A stretch of DNA of 64,000 nt, from positions 555,903-619,902 of the forward strand of contig NW_015171506.1 of NCBI RefSeq assembly GCF_001447785.1, given 5' to 3'. Position 1 is the stretch's first letter. Each line of letters begins with the position of its first letter. The notes below the pieces were generated by a model. The model made no database searches. It saw nothing but the letters and a program-made list of their open reading frames with translations, and had not been told where the DNA came from. The DNA is from Gekko japonicus (Eukaryota). Shown here one piece after another: positions 50,251 through 64,000 of this stretch. A program made the position numbers and the translations under genes.

Positions 50251-52789
50251 TGACAGCAGCTCCCTTGCCAAATATGAAGCATGCCTTAACAAGGCCTCAA
50301 TGAGGCCAAAGGAGTAGATAATATATGTTGAGGTTTGTAAAATAAAGTAGTTGCTTGTGTGAACATGAACTACGTGTGGGTTACTAATTCAAATGCCTTG
50401 CTGAATTATCTGACATGCTGATCTCATTTGCAGCCATTATCTACCTATAGGTTGTCATTCTACTGTGTCAGATTGTTTCACTGTAGAAACAATTCTGTAG
50501 AACCAGCATTGTCATTCTTTTAATTACCAACTGTCATGTCAACGAAAGAGCTGTTGAGTCAACAACTGCTTCCCCCCCCCCTAAACTAATCTCTGGAACT
50601 CTTGCTAGAGGCAAGGAACATCATGCAAGTACCAACACTTGATTAATGACATGATCACTTGATAATGAATCAGAGAGAAGAATATGTTTGACTGATGGAT
50701 GAATAAACCTGTTATGTGCACTTTGATTTAACTCTACTGCTCTTACCTTAAGATTTATTAGACATTTTAATGCCGAAAATAAAAATTAACATACATGAAT
50801 TCATTAGGAGTTGAAAATGAAGTGGGCAGTTGTATGTGCATGGTTTTAAATTGTAGCCTGTGGTCGTTATATAATATTTTTCTTCCTTTGGGCCTTCATT
50901 TGTTGTAAGATAAAAATCCAAATTGAAATAGGCACAACATCCAACCTGTATTAAGTCATGTTAGTAGAATTGGATCTTTTGCAACTTATGTACCTTTTAT
51001 GCATTACATGCAATCCAAAGAAGCTATTTCATGCAGGGAAACTGATCTGATTATGCCAGTAGCTCACAAGACTTTCTCAGAAGACTCCACAGCTTAGAGG
51101 GAACATTGACAGGGACTGTCCCAAGGCAGTCTTCGTCCTTGGGAGCAGCAGAAATTCAGCCACTCCACAGTCAGCTGGACTGGGGAATGAATGGAAGTTT
51201 CCCTGCTCTCTTAGGCAAGAGAGAGAGGCTGAAGTACAGGTGAGCCCACAATCTCCAGAGGTAGAGAGTATTGTGTGTAGGAAGGAAAGAGGACTGTATT
51301 TAACCCCTGTTGATTTATGTCCTGTTGGTTCATAGTGTGTGCTTACTCCTAGAGTGTGTGTGTGCTCCATAACTGTGTAAATAGTTAAATAAATTCTTTA
51401 ATTTGGGCTAATAATCTGTGTTGTGCTCTGACCACATAGTCTCCTCTGCTCTGCACAATACCAAAGGGAGGGGATCGCCCAGGGAAGCAAAGAAAGACCA
51501 GAGCATGGAAGAGGCTGCAGGTGTGTGTGTGGGAAAATGAAAAGCTGAAGAGAGAGGGGGAAATAAAGGTAGGTTGATGATTGGCCAGGAAGGAAATAGG
51601 GTTGCCAGCTCCTGGTGGGAGATTCATGGAGATTTGAGGGATGGAACCTGGAGAGGGTGAGGTTTGAGGAGGGGTGGGACCTTAGACAGGTACAATGCCA
51701 TAGACTACACCCTCCCAACCAGCCATTCCCTTCTGGGTAACCACTGTTGGCAATCTCAGGAGAGGGGTGGATATCACTCAGAATTACAACTGATCTCCAG
51801 GAGGGAGGGGGGAGGAGATGCAAAGCTGACATCAGAGGGGCAGATAATGGTAGGTTGATGCTTGGCTGGGAAGACTGCTCTTCAGGTAGCAGAGATCAGA
51901 TTCTCTGGAGAAAATGATGGACTCTGTGTCATTATACCCTGCTGAGGTCACCACAGCACATTGATGCTGAGTGCCCAAGACCTTGGCACTCTCCTAGAGT
52001 CTCTTTCTAGAGCTCGTTGTATTTATTTCCACAACGAGTCGTATTCCTAGTATTTAATATTGCTATTTTGCAATGATTTATTCATTTATTTCTTCATATT
52101 TATAGCCCACCCCTCCCACGAATGAGCTCAGGGTGGGTAACAACATGTTAACAATACAAAGCAACATTTCATTAATAGAATATATAATTACAATATTTAA
52201 AACTATCATATACGTTAAAATGGTGGTCACAATCTTACATTACAGGTTTTTAGTGGTTGTGAGAGGTTCTGGCCTATAAATAAGTTATTTAAGATATAAA
52301 TAACTATGAAATGTTTTAATTGTCTTCCCCCTCCTTCTCTGTGTTTCAGTTTTGTAACAGTAACAGCTTGAAATGTTCATGAATGAAGCAGAGGACTACA
52401 AAAGTCGTAGTGAAAGGTGAGAAGGCCTAGAATGAGCATGTGGTGTCTCTCACTAGAACTGGGGGGGGGGACAGACTGAGGAAGGAAACTTTAGAGCAAG
52501 GATAGCCCTCAGCCTTCTAGGATTTCAAATTCTACAAATGGGTCCAAGAGAGAATAATATTTTAATATATTGCCATCCATCCCAACACCTGCAGATTACT
52601 TCAGTGCAGTGCCATGGCCTGACTTCTAACTGCAGTGAATGAAAATTAAAGTTCATTCCAAGGTGAAATGTGCACAGGCTGCTTCTTATATAGCAATACA
52701 CTTTTACACACAATGCTCTCATATCAAAAATCACTACAGCTATGACCCTCCTAGCTTGTTACAGTTAGCTGGCTACTTGTACATGGATC

Positions 52790-53850
52790 TTGGGGGTATA
52801 ACTACATCCAGCTGTAACTGCTCTTGGATGGCCATCTGGATACTGCCCCACAACATCTAACTGAGGTTTTGGAGGCTGTGGCGGGATGGCTAAGGAAGAG
52901 GAGGCTGAGGCTGAATCTGGGGAAGATGGAGGTTCTGTGGCTGCAGAGGGAGGCTTCGGGGTTGGGGTTCAGGCTCCCGGCTCTTGACGGGGCACCGTTG
53001 ATATCAGCACATTCCGTCAGGAGTCTGGGTGTGACCCTGGATGCCTCCTTGCCTATGGAGGCACAGGTCACAAATACAACCAGGTTGGCATTTTACCATC
53101 TACGTCAAGCACAGCTGCTGGCCCCTTTCCTGTCATGCCCCAACCTAGCCACAGTAATCCATGCAACAGTCATCTCCAGGCTGGACTACTGTAACTCGCT
53201 CTACAGTGGCCTGCCCTTGAGACTAACCTGGAGGCTCCAACTAATACAGAATGCAGTGGGGCGAGTCCTGACAGGAAAAGGAATGCCATGGACAGCACAT
53301 ATACAACCTGTGCTGTGCCAGCTACACTGGCTACTGGTGGAGTACCAAGTCAGGTTTAAGGTGTCAGGGACCCACATACCTTTGGGACCGTCTCCTTCCA
53401 TATGTCCCTAGAAGAATGCTGAGACCAGCTGATAACAACTGGCTGGTGATCCCCGGCCCTAGAGAGGTCCAGCTGCCCCCAACCTGGTGGAACTCTCTGC
53501 CAAATAATATCAGGGCCCTGCAGGATCTGATGCAATTCCACAAGGCCTGTAAGGCAGAGATGTTCCGCCAGGCTTTTAGTTGGGGGCAGCAATGAGAGGT
53601 TAAGACACCCTCTCTCCTTTTTCTTCTATGGCCTCCACATACCCATCCCTGCTCTGCTGTACAGAGACAGCAGTATGATCGGCAATGGAGGTTTATATCA
53701 CCATCTTGATGGGTTTTAATTTCTTGTTACTATCAGTAATTTTAACTATATATCAATGTATTTTTAAATGTTTAAAATGTTGTTAATTACCCAGAGCCTG
53801 CTCTGCAGGGTGGGCAATTCAGAAGTTTAATAAAATAAAATAAAAATAAA
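52790..53850 (+). mobile_element. L2-clade LINE 3' fragment
   Basis: ORF 52824-53411: LEAVAGWL..RLRLN..K.E...VRSLGVTLD...SRLDYCNSLYSGLP...LHWL; (taaaa)n tail. Confidence 0.9.
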
Positions 53851-54442
53851 TTACAAATAGTTCTGCAATACTTTTGACCAACTTTTTAAAATTTCAGACA
53901 ATGCTGCCAGTTTTTCCACTGAAAACTGCCCAAAGCTGATCATGGTCCTACTATAGTAAAAATTTTAGAAGAATCACACACATTACATGTAGTTACCCTT
54001 TTCAACTATGGAAAACTTCCAAGGATAGGCAAGCCTTAAAAAGTAACTGGAAGGTACACAGAAAAGCAGGATGCACAAACTGAAACTGAAAAATAACTAT
54101 ACATGAAATGGAGATTAACAGGGATTTTTAAAAAATAGATACTAAAATACTCCAGGTAGGGTCTGAATGGCTCCAGAAATACAGTATAAGCATAGATGGC
54201 AGCCGAAGGACATTCCAAATTATTTCTTACTATATTTTAGGTTTTACAGGCTGCAACCAAAGTTTGAAGTCTTTTGTAATTCAACATGGAATGTGCCCTT
54301 CAAAAAGATTTGTATTAATTTCATTTTGATATTTCAGAAAGGGCATGATTATTGTTTTCCTGAAATTTTGAGAGTACTAATGCTGTTTTAGGTCATCTTT
54401 TCTGATTTTTTGGGCAGGGGGAATACTGAATATTGGTAGCAC

Positions 54443-54689
54443 TAGGGTTGCCAGGTTTTACCTAAATCCTGGTAGGGGGCTCCAGGCAAGCTCTGAGACT
54501 CTTCTGACCATAGAGTATTTACCTGAATACTAGAATGTCCCCCAAACACTGTGCCTAGTGCAGTGACATCACTTCCAGGTGATGTCATTGCACTGGGCAC
54601 ATCGGGCATGCCGGGACTGTTTGGGGATGGCAGACTGGGCCCCCAAAACCAGGGATACCCTCACCCCCACTGGGGGGTTGGTAGCCCTA
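54443..54689. mobile_element. hAT MITE, TGACATCA subfamily (internally deleted)
   Basis: TIRs present; TSD ggtagcac/ggtaacac (7/8). Confidence 0.85.
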
Positions 54690-55329
54690 GGTAACACTGG
54701 CCTTTGTCCAGATGCCAGATCTATGGCCAGTATTTTCAGTGGATGGTATACCTGGCATCAAAACTCCAGATGACAGGTTTACCTCCATTGTTTTCACTCC
54801 AGCAGTTTATACAATAACATATAAATACTTCCAAACATGAAAGAGAAGAAACAGAAGCACAGAACTGCATAGATTTTCTTGCTAGGATGTTGAAATTATA
54901 AAACATCTTGTGGCAACTCAGCCTCAGAGAATTTCACATTTTTCTCTGTGATGTGCCAGAATTGCATGTTTTCTGGTATTTATGGATTAAATTATGATAT
55001 TTGGAAAAAAGTGGCAGTAGACCTAGCATCTGGAGTCTGGATGCCAGATCTATGGCCCATTAGAAACCAAAAGCTGAAACAAACCGAACTTTTTCAGGTT
55101 GTGGCTTTCAGAAAACTGAAATCTTGGGGAGTGCCTTTTGCCATTTCAAATATGGCCAAACTGACCTGAAACAGCAGATTTTGTGTATAATGTTGGCTCT
55201 GAAATGAAATATCCAAATGCACACATTTAGTTCAAAAATCAGAGGTTCATTTCACTGAAACTTGAATGCTGGCCTATATACAATATGTCCATCACCACTC
55301 TGAAACAGTGCAATGGACATATAAACACC

Positions 55330-56135
55330 TTATACTAAAACCCCACTAATATCAGGTATACCATTTCGAACTAATCCACTTGCTTATCATACAATTTAAT
55401 ACATACCCATCATGTGCCAACAATGCCCTTTTATTGTCTATATTGGACAAATGTGTTGGTCCTGTGTAAGACAATCAATGAACACAAATCTGACATAAGA
55501 AATCTTAATGTTCAGAAACCAGTGGGGGGACACATACTGTGGCAGATATGAAAGCTACCAAAAAAGATCAAAACCCACACATCTTCAAAGGGAATGCACA
55601 ATGCAAAAGTACTAAATTAGAACTCATCAAGAAACTAACCACTAAATCTTATTTTGCTGTGTTTTCTTACTTACTATAATGTCTAAAAGCTCAACAGGTT
55701 CCCTTTTTATAAACTTTAATTGGCTTTTAACATGCTGTAACAACTATAACCCTTTATTGACATCAGCTAATTTTCTTATGCTTTAGACTGCTTCTTTCTC
55801 CATTAGTTGTTTATACTACTTAACTATACTTTTGTTTATCTGAATCCTATAAGAATGAGGCTAAAACCTCTGACCTATGTCATTATCCATTATGTATAAC
55901 AACTTATCCATTCCAGTCTCTTACACAGAGAATCACACCTGAAAGATTTATGATAGGATTCACACTAAGCCTTTCTCTATCCCCAACTCTTCCCTTTCTC
56001 CCTCCCATTCTGTAATTTGGCATATAAAAATGGGGACTATGATTTCCTCTTCCTAGCATCTGAAGAAATGAACTCTGACTCACAAAAGCTCATTCTGAAA
56101 TAAATGGTATTAGTCATTAAGGTGCCACTTGACTT
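55330..56135 (+). mobile_element. Penelope-like element 3' fragment (GIY-YIG endonuclease plus pseudo-LTR)
   Basis: Frameshifted IMCQQCP...VYIGQ...INEHKSDIRN.NVQKPVG.H...LELIKKL. Terminal ttagtc..taaggtgccact and a degenerate hammerhead core at 56060. Confidence 0.82.
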
Positions 56136-57024
56136 CCGTCATATATACAGACAGTTTTGACAAGCTAAGACTGGTCTGGAGATGAAAGTGTCAACATTGA
56201 GTAAACATCACAATTTTTGTTTTATTTTCAATAGGCACAAAAATGCTAGGGCACAATTAATTTGGCTGCTAAATATACAAAATGCTAACTTACAATTAAT
56301 GCATTACCTTTTGTAACCAGATCAAGATTTGTTTTCAGGATCTGAATGAAATGGACTCAACATATTTTGAGTACAGCCAAACACAGACCACACTTGCAGA
56401 TAGAGTGGATGGTACCATTTCAGACTGCAGGTACTAGTTTTGAACATTCTTCTACTTAATATACTTGCCATAGGTAAAACAAACTAACAAATCAGAGAGA
56501 AAAGTTCTAGACCAGCCCTCTCATTTGCTAGCTTTCTTTTTATAGGGAGATTTTTTAAAACATAGGGAAGCATTAAAATATGGTTTCTGGGACCCGGTTT
56601 GTGAAAAGGTACATTCCATTCAAAACTCTATCATTTCATTCTTACTTCATTCACCTGTATGTGTTGATCCAGTTGTACTGGCAGAAATCAATGGACAGAA
56701 TATACTGGCTTAATCTTTAAATGTATGAGAGAAACTGATAAACCAAATTTACTGAAAACAATACAATTGTACCACATTTTGACCTTCGGTGTTTGACAGT
56801 CTTATGAATCACTAAAATGCTCAAACTGAGCAACATTTTGGCCTCCAGAATCTGATAAGTTTATGTGTTAATTATATGCGTGGAAGAAGTCATTGATAAC
56901 TCGCCTACAATTACAAATTCCCAATTCTTCCTGCACAAAAGCACATTTTATTAACAATTCAGCCCTGAGACACAATCTAAGAGACTTTAAAAAAAGTTAC
57001 AGGAATACATATAAGCATCTTTTA

Positions 57025-57297
<273 letters not shown>

Positions 57298-59247
57298 TTA
57301 CTGTAAGGTACCAAGAGTCTCAAATGGAGACTTCTCATGGACAGGCTTATTGCCTTACTGAGGTAGAAGATTCACTAAAGGAATAACAGGTTGAACCATG
57401 TTACCCAAGTGTTGTTAGCAATACAAAACATAGCAGCTGACTCAGCAGTCAGCACACAGGCAGGTGATCCAGGGAACCCATACTGCACCACCTGGCTCTA
57501 CAAAACCTTAGCCCAGGTCCAGCTTTTTAGCCTGTGTCACTTCTTTTCTGGTGAGATGGACCTACCTGATTGTGACCTTATTCTTCAATGCTTCACTCTA
57601 GCAGCTGCATATGGAACTTCACCATTTGCTTACCTTGGACAACAATATTTGCATTTGGCCCATCTGCTTATTAGCTGCTGCCTCTAGAATTTGGCCCATT
57701 CCTGTCTCAGATTGCACCACTTGTCTTTGGCCACCTGACTTACTCCTTCTTGACCTTGGGACATTAATATTGTTATCAGTTTGGATGCTGAACCTCAGAG
57801 GACCAATGTTTACTTTTAGAAGCAATAGGTGGGAACACAGTGCAACTATTTTAGGTTAGTTCTCCAACTCAAAGCATATTGACTTTGGATAGCATGAAAT
57901 TTGGATGCAATGGAATGGAGTGAAATGGAGGGAAGAGAAAGCTCAGATGTCACATGTTTGCTGTTCCCAAATCAGTTTAATATCTTCCCTTAGGTAGAGG
58001 ATTCAGGAGTTTCATTCCTAATAATACAGACCGGTATTAGAAACAGGAAGAACAGGTACTTATACTTCCTGTTGCTCCCCAGTTTTCATCTGTAAGGCCA
58101 CTAAATACATAATTCCAAGAGCTTAAAGATATACCTCTGTATTATTCCTAAAATACTCTGTACCAATCTATCGTCTTCCTAAGACTGCAAGGCCTTTGCT
58201 CATCTCAATCACTAATTTGTTTAAACATTAATGGGTTAATCAGAGGCTGGAGTGGGCACAAATGGAAGAAAAGAGCCTTTGAATAATTAAAGCCCCTATA
58301 ATAAAGCTGCTTCTTGAGTGTTTTGAGATTATGTGGGTAAGATGTATGCTTCTATAAAATGGCAGAAAGGGGAGAGGGAATAATTGCTCCCTGCGGTATC
58401 CTTAATAAGACATTTGTTAGTACAGAACTTGCTGAATTTCATGATTAGGGTGCCACAAAGTCAGCAGACAAATATAAATTTAACTTGACAGAAACATAGT
58501 TCTTTATATTTTAATATAGCAGTTTGGTGTGAAGGGTCAAGTCCATTTTATTATTACAACTTGGTGAGCTCTTGTAGATATATAATTTAATAGTGGTACT
58601 TTAAAGTGTTCTGCAGCCCCCAGCATTCCCTTACAAGTACAAGAACCACTTCATCATCTGCTTGTTCCTAGCATGTAGACATTGGACAGAAGTGCACACT
58701 AAGCACGGGGAGAATGGTGATAAGTAGAGTGAATAACCGTAATACGTGTTGGGGACCTCATCCACTTTGCACAGTGTAGAAATGTCGCACACAACACAGC
58801 CCTGTATAATGTTGCAGTTTCTCTTTGTAAAATCTAAAATACCATAAGGAATTATTTTCTGTTCTAGGACATTTTGAGCTTTGCCCTTTTTGGCTTGTTT
58901 GTTATATCATTCTCTTTACTTATCAGCGCTGCTACATTAAAGCCAGTGACAGGCCATCTGAATTATATATCATTAGTTCTGTTCCTTTATTTGAAAAGCA
59001 ATGACTTGCACTAATGATTCTGGCTGAAGCTGTTCAAGCCTCTGTGTGTGTGTGTGTGTGTGTGCGTGCGTGCATGCGTGTGTGTGTATACTTCTTTCTC
59101 CACACTCCAGAGTCTGGCATTTTTGTTATATCATACCACTATTCTTTGCGAGGACAAGTGGACCAGAATTCAAATACTTGTTAACACCTGAGCTGGCAAT
59201 TCAGCTGAAGACCTGGCCCCAGAACACCAAAGGAACTCTAGTAAAAA

Positions 59248-59594
59248 TAAAGGTAAAGGTTCCCTTGCTCGAAAGCCAGTCGAATCCGACTCTAGGGTTG
59301 CGGTGCTCATCTCCGTTTCAAAGCCAAAGAGCCAGTGCTGTCCGAAGACGTTTCCGTGGTCATGTGGCCGGCATGACTAAACCCCAAGGTGCACGGAACG
59401 CTGTTACCTTCCCACCGAAGTGGTACCTATTTATCTATTTGCAATTTCTTGCTTTCGAACTGCTAGGTTGGCAGGAGCTGGAACCAGAGACAGGAGCTCA
59501 CCCCGTCTTGCGGCACCCGGGTCTTGAACTGCTGAACTACTGACCTTCCACAGCCTGTAGTTCAGCGTCTTAACCAATTGAGCCACCGCAGCTC
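59248..59594 (-). mobile_element. Sauria SINE
   Basis: (aaaggt)n tail, gtggtcatgtggccggcatgact, ggaacgctgttaccttcccacc..gtggtacctatttatcta body, and a tRNA-like head at the right end. Confidence 0.88.
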
Positions 59595-59775
59595 ATAGCT
59601 AAACTATGAACACATATAAATTTTATAACACTGCAACTATCACAACTTCTTCAAAGAATTCTGTGAATTATACTTCTGTTGACCTTAAAAAGGAACAAGA
59701 TTGCAGCCATTCATCCTGATCCAGAGAGACCTAATACATGTGGATGCCCATGGAAGTCCTACAATCAGAAGGTCT

Positions 59776-60262
59776 TAGAATCATAAAATGTTAGAGTTGG
59801 AAGGGATCTTGCAGGTCATCTAGCCCAACCCCCTGCACTCTGCAGGAGCATAGCCAAAAGATAGCCCTACAACATATCCAGAAGATGGTCGTCCAGCCTC
59901 CGCTTGAAAATGTCCAGCGAAGGAGCATCCACCACCTCCTGAGGCAGACTGTTCCACTGCTCAACCACTCTTACAGTTAGGAAGTTTTTCCTGATATTTA
60001 GCCGGCAATGACTCCCTTGTAATTTACACTCATTAGATCTAGTCTTGCAATCTGGAGCAAGGGAGAATAGATCTGCTCCATCTTCCACATGACAGCCCTT
60101 CAAATACTTGAAGACTGCAATCATGTCCCCTCTAAGCCTTCTCTTTCCCAGGCGAAACATACCCAACTCTTTCAGCCTTTCCTCATAAGACTTGGATTCC
60201 AACCCTCTCACCATCCTGGTTGCCCTCTTCTGGACACACTCGAGCTTGTCAGCATCCTTCCT
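59776..60262 (-). mobile_element. CR1 LINE 3' fragment
   Basis: ORF 59867-60286: KLECVQKRATRMVRGLE..SYEERLKELG...RRLRGDMI...RKNFLTVRVV..WNSLP. CR1 3' UTR with an attcta-type tail. Confidence 0.93.
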
Positions 60263-61162
60263 AAAATCCTTCCTAAAATTTCCCATTGACTTTGATGTTG
60301 GGTGTCATTCCATGTAGCCATCCTCACTCTGCATATAGAACTGGCCTCAACATTGAAGTCAAAGAGAAAACCCATTCATTTGGAAACCTTGCATGTAAAT
60401 TGGGGCATGTACTGTTCTTTGGATCAAAGCTGTAATAAATAAATAGCACAGCAAGTTAATGGAAAGGGAAAATATTGAAATGGGAAAAAATCATTGTAGC
60501 TCATTATTTCATAAGAAGATGCTATATTCCCAAGAAAACTACAATGAAGGAGGTTAGTAATAGTTTTCAGATTCCTCAATACTTACTTTCTTCCTTCCAT
60601 GTTTGTTATGTAATTAACAGATGGCAAGTTTCTGTGTTTCTAGAGACAGCTAAATTTACACTTATTTAAGTACCTAGTTTTCAGGGTCCCTTGATACATG
60701 TGAACAAACAGTGTAGAAAGTGTTTTAATGTTTGCTTATCTGAAAGACTGGCTATTAGACAAAAAGCTACATCCCATTTACTTAATGCACTTCCAAAATT
60801 ACATTACACTCAAAGCCTAATGCTATGGAGTCAACACTTAATTGAACAACCAAATATATGTGTGAGGTTTCAAGAATGCAAAATAATTTTCAGAAGGGAA
60901 TTGGACAATGTTCACTTCGAACTGGCAAGGCTTCCCTCCTCCCACTGTCACTTCCAAACCACAAGTCAAAAGGTAATTTCCACCCAAATGCCTGTATGCT
61001 GCCCTACCTTGCTTAAACAGAAAGCACAGGAATCATTTGCTGACACCTCTAATTGGTCTGGTTTTCACAAATCCATTTTGGATTTCAATCAAAAGTTGTA
61101 AAAATATGTAATATAAGTCACAGATAGCCATCAGCCATCATGTATACAGGTCAAATAGAGTA

Positions 61163-61164
<2 letters not shown>

Positions 61165-61203
<39 letters not shown>
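61165..61203 (+). repeat. (TG)n microsatellite (others at 59043-59088, 24283-24300, 40787-40803, 4250-4290)
   Basis: Read directly from the sequence. Confidence 0.95.
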
Positions 61204-61205
<2 letters not shown>

Positions 61206-64000
61206 GATCAAGATACCCATTAGTTAGTGTTTGTCTGTAGCAGTAGAAAAGAGTAAGAGTCCAGTAGCACCTTAAAGACTAACAAAAATCTCAAAAAGTG
61301 AGCAGTGACTCACAAAAGCTCATACCCTACCACAAATTTTGTTAAGTCTTTAAGGTGCTACTGGACACTTTTTTCTACTGTGTGTGTATGTTTTTAAATA
61401 ACAAAGTAGCAAAGGTTTCCTTGCTAACAGAAAAGTTCTGCTTTGTGTTCTCATGTGAATTTATTTTAAGAATGTATTCCTTATCTTGAAAAGACAGGAA
61501 GCGAAGTTAGATAAGAAACAGGAATCTGCCTTGGAGACAGAGAGAAAAAATTAGGAGAAAAAAGTCTTGCTATACCATACCCCTCACTCTCTTTCTCTCT
61601 CTTATATGTACAGAGAGTTCCTCATATTTGCAAGGCAGCACATGTGCCTTGTCTAACATATTCACTATGCACACATTATTGCCAACATGAAGTCAAGGCA
61701 GAAAATTTAAGGATAGCATTATCTTTATTTCTGTTCATCAAAATGCACAGATTGTGACTGGCCTTTGTGTGGGTGTGGAAGTTGTGGGGGTGGAAGCATC
61801 TTTTGCTGTATACAGCATGGAAGTACCAGAAGCAGTTACATATTCCTGCCCCCACAATATCCTCACTCCCACTCACAGTGTATACTAGCTCACATTCCTA
61901 CACAGAAACATTGTCACTCTGGGCAACCATCTGTAGCATCACAGACAGAGTACTCCAGTACAGCTTTGGAAAGAAGGTAGTATTTTGCTTGGCCGCTACA
62001 ACATCTGAAGACCAACAACCATCACATGCCACCATGTGGAATAAATCCAAAATTGAAAATCCAGCAGGACTGTGTTCCATTTCTGACACTTTCATTACAA
62101 CATGACCAAAAAAGGAAGGAGATTAATAAATTTCGGGAGCAATCTTAAGCAGGTCTACTTGGAAATAAATCCAATGTTATCAGTCAGGCTTACTCCCAGG
62201 AAAGTGACCTTAGGAATGAAGCAGAGTTAGGCCTTTTCAAGTCAGTGAGCTTTAGAAATGTTTCAGGAGGGTAGCCGTATTGGTCTGCAGTAGAAGAGCT
62301 AGATTTAAGAGTCAAGAGTTCCTTTTGTCCCTTTGGGTGTATCTGATGAAGGGAACTTTGACTCAAGAAAACCTGTCAGTCTCTAAGGTGCAACTGGACT
62401 CAAATCTACGGTGTAATTCTGCTAAGGCTTGCACTGTAAGGCTACCATTTCCATTTTTCTTAAATATGAAAACAATAAAGGATTTCATTTCATCATGGGT
62501 TATGACTGGGAAGTATCCTGAAATCAACATTGTTCTGCTCTCTAACTTCTGGTTTTAAATGACACAAAGCTGATGTTGCACCTTGTTTATCTTCCTGAAC
62601 TTTTTAGGGAGTATACCTCTCCCAAGCTTCTCAGGGTTTAGAGCAAACTGGGAAGGCCAAATGTAAATCAGGAAGCCATAATTAAATTCTCAAGCAACCA
62701 ACTCCCATCACAGATAATGTTTGCACATGTCAGGACAACCATAAAGATAACAGCTCCATCACCCCCATTTGAGCCTCACGCCTAGCCCCTTCTTTAGTTC
62801 TTCCAACCCCACCTCTTAAATTCTTACATGGTCCTTCCTTGTCTAGGCTGTTATATCTACCTATTTATTCTTTGCAGTACCACCCTTGATAGCCCACATA
62901 TTATCCTTCACAGTCCATTGATACCAAGATACATCTCAAGAGAACACCCGGATTTTTTTACCTTCCTCAGCTACTCAAGCAACTCCAACTTCTTACCAAT
63001 CGTTTCTGTATTTACTGTTTTCCAACATGTGTAAGATAGAGCAGAAGAATATTTTCTGCCATCCTAGTAGTTACATAAAGCCACTGTGATTTGCCTCTGC
63101 AACATTTTGCTTAGGTCACATATTGCAACTGCATTTTCTCTAGAAGCCTGAACCTTTTGGCTGTTTATCCTCCACATCAGTGTATACTGTATGCTCCAGG
63201 TATGTTATTTCCTTCCCTCTCCCATTTATAGGAGCATGTGTGAGGAGATAATTTCCAGAGAGACAGCATGCCACCAAAACGCAGCTTCACAGTTTGTTTG
63301 TTTGTTTTAAATGTACCACTTTTATGTGGGTTCTGAAAAGTACTAGAAACAGCTTCATCACAGAAATGCATGGCTGGGAATTACACCCATGGGAAGAAGA
63401 GCACTCTGGTATTCTTCTTGCATGTTTAACAGATGCTGTGCTCAGACAAAAGGAGAAGGCGGTTGTCTTCCTGTCCAGATTCTGAGCATCTTAGAGGCAT
63501 CTGGCCACTGACAAGAGTTTAAAACATGGACACAAAGGTGGATACCAAAGATCTTCAGACTGCTGTGGCATGACAGCTCTTATGCATGAACCAACCCTTA
63601 ATAGAAAAAAACAACGATGAGGTTCTCAACATTCCAGGAAGGATTTTCGGGGTGGGGGGAGGATTTAATAAATGCCATTAAGTGTGTTTACATACTCAAA
63701 CATAATTTTAAAATAATTTTCAAGCATTTCCCGTTGAAGATCACGGCTGTAACATGTAATCTTATGCAGGGAACATAATGTTCACAGTCAAATAAAGTAA
63801 TTCGTTTTCATACAACACTCCACTGGATTCACACCATCCTTTCTTGGTCTCTGCTTCTGGGTCTTTTCTCATGGCACATCATTTCTAAATTCCCCATGGT
63901 ACTCTGTGCTTTGGCAGCCCTTCAGATACTTGACTGCCATTGTAAGCACATTACTTTCTCACATGTCAATGCATGGAAAGAAGCCCAAACTCTCTGATGT

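Overview
Squamate (probably gecko) genomic DNA lying entirely inside the NTRK2 (TrkB neurotrophin receptor) gene, which is transcribed from the minus strand. Four internal coding exons can be read with canonical GT-AG boundaries and consistent phases: 57218-57030 (189 nt, juxtamembrane NPQY Shc site), 30514-30384 (131 nt, GxGxxG loop and VAVK), 26103-25931 (173 nt) and 17011-16777 (235 nt, HRD, DFG, activation loop YxxDYY). They give 728 nt of open frame; the 5' and 3' ends of the gene are outside the window. The rest is intron packed with reptile transposon relics: Squam3-like, Sauria and CR1-tailed SINEs; BovB/RTE, L2, CR1, L1 and Penelope-like fragments, the last carrying degenerate hammerhead cores; hAT MITEs with 8-bp TSDs; palindromic Harbinger-type MITEs; solo LTRs; and a decayed Ngaro/DIRS-type tyrosine-recombinase retroelement with an SGNH hydrolase ORF. 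The most noteworthy observations are: (i) the Ngaro relic offers an in-frame splice acceptor and a poly(A) signal in NTRK2 sense orientation; (ii) there are candidate intronic-termination routes to truncated TrkB isoforms; (iii) near-identical inverted SINEs bracket two kinase exons; (iv) a 3.2-kb TSD-bounded composite hAT element carries apparent cargo. All functional suggestions are hypotheses from sequence alone, and repeat family names are by recognition, not database search. Two assembly gaps lie at 9311-9357 and 46603-46887.
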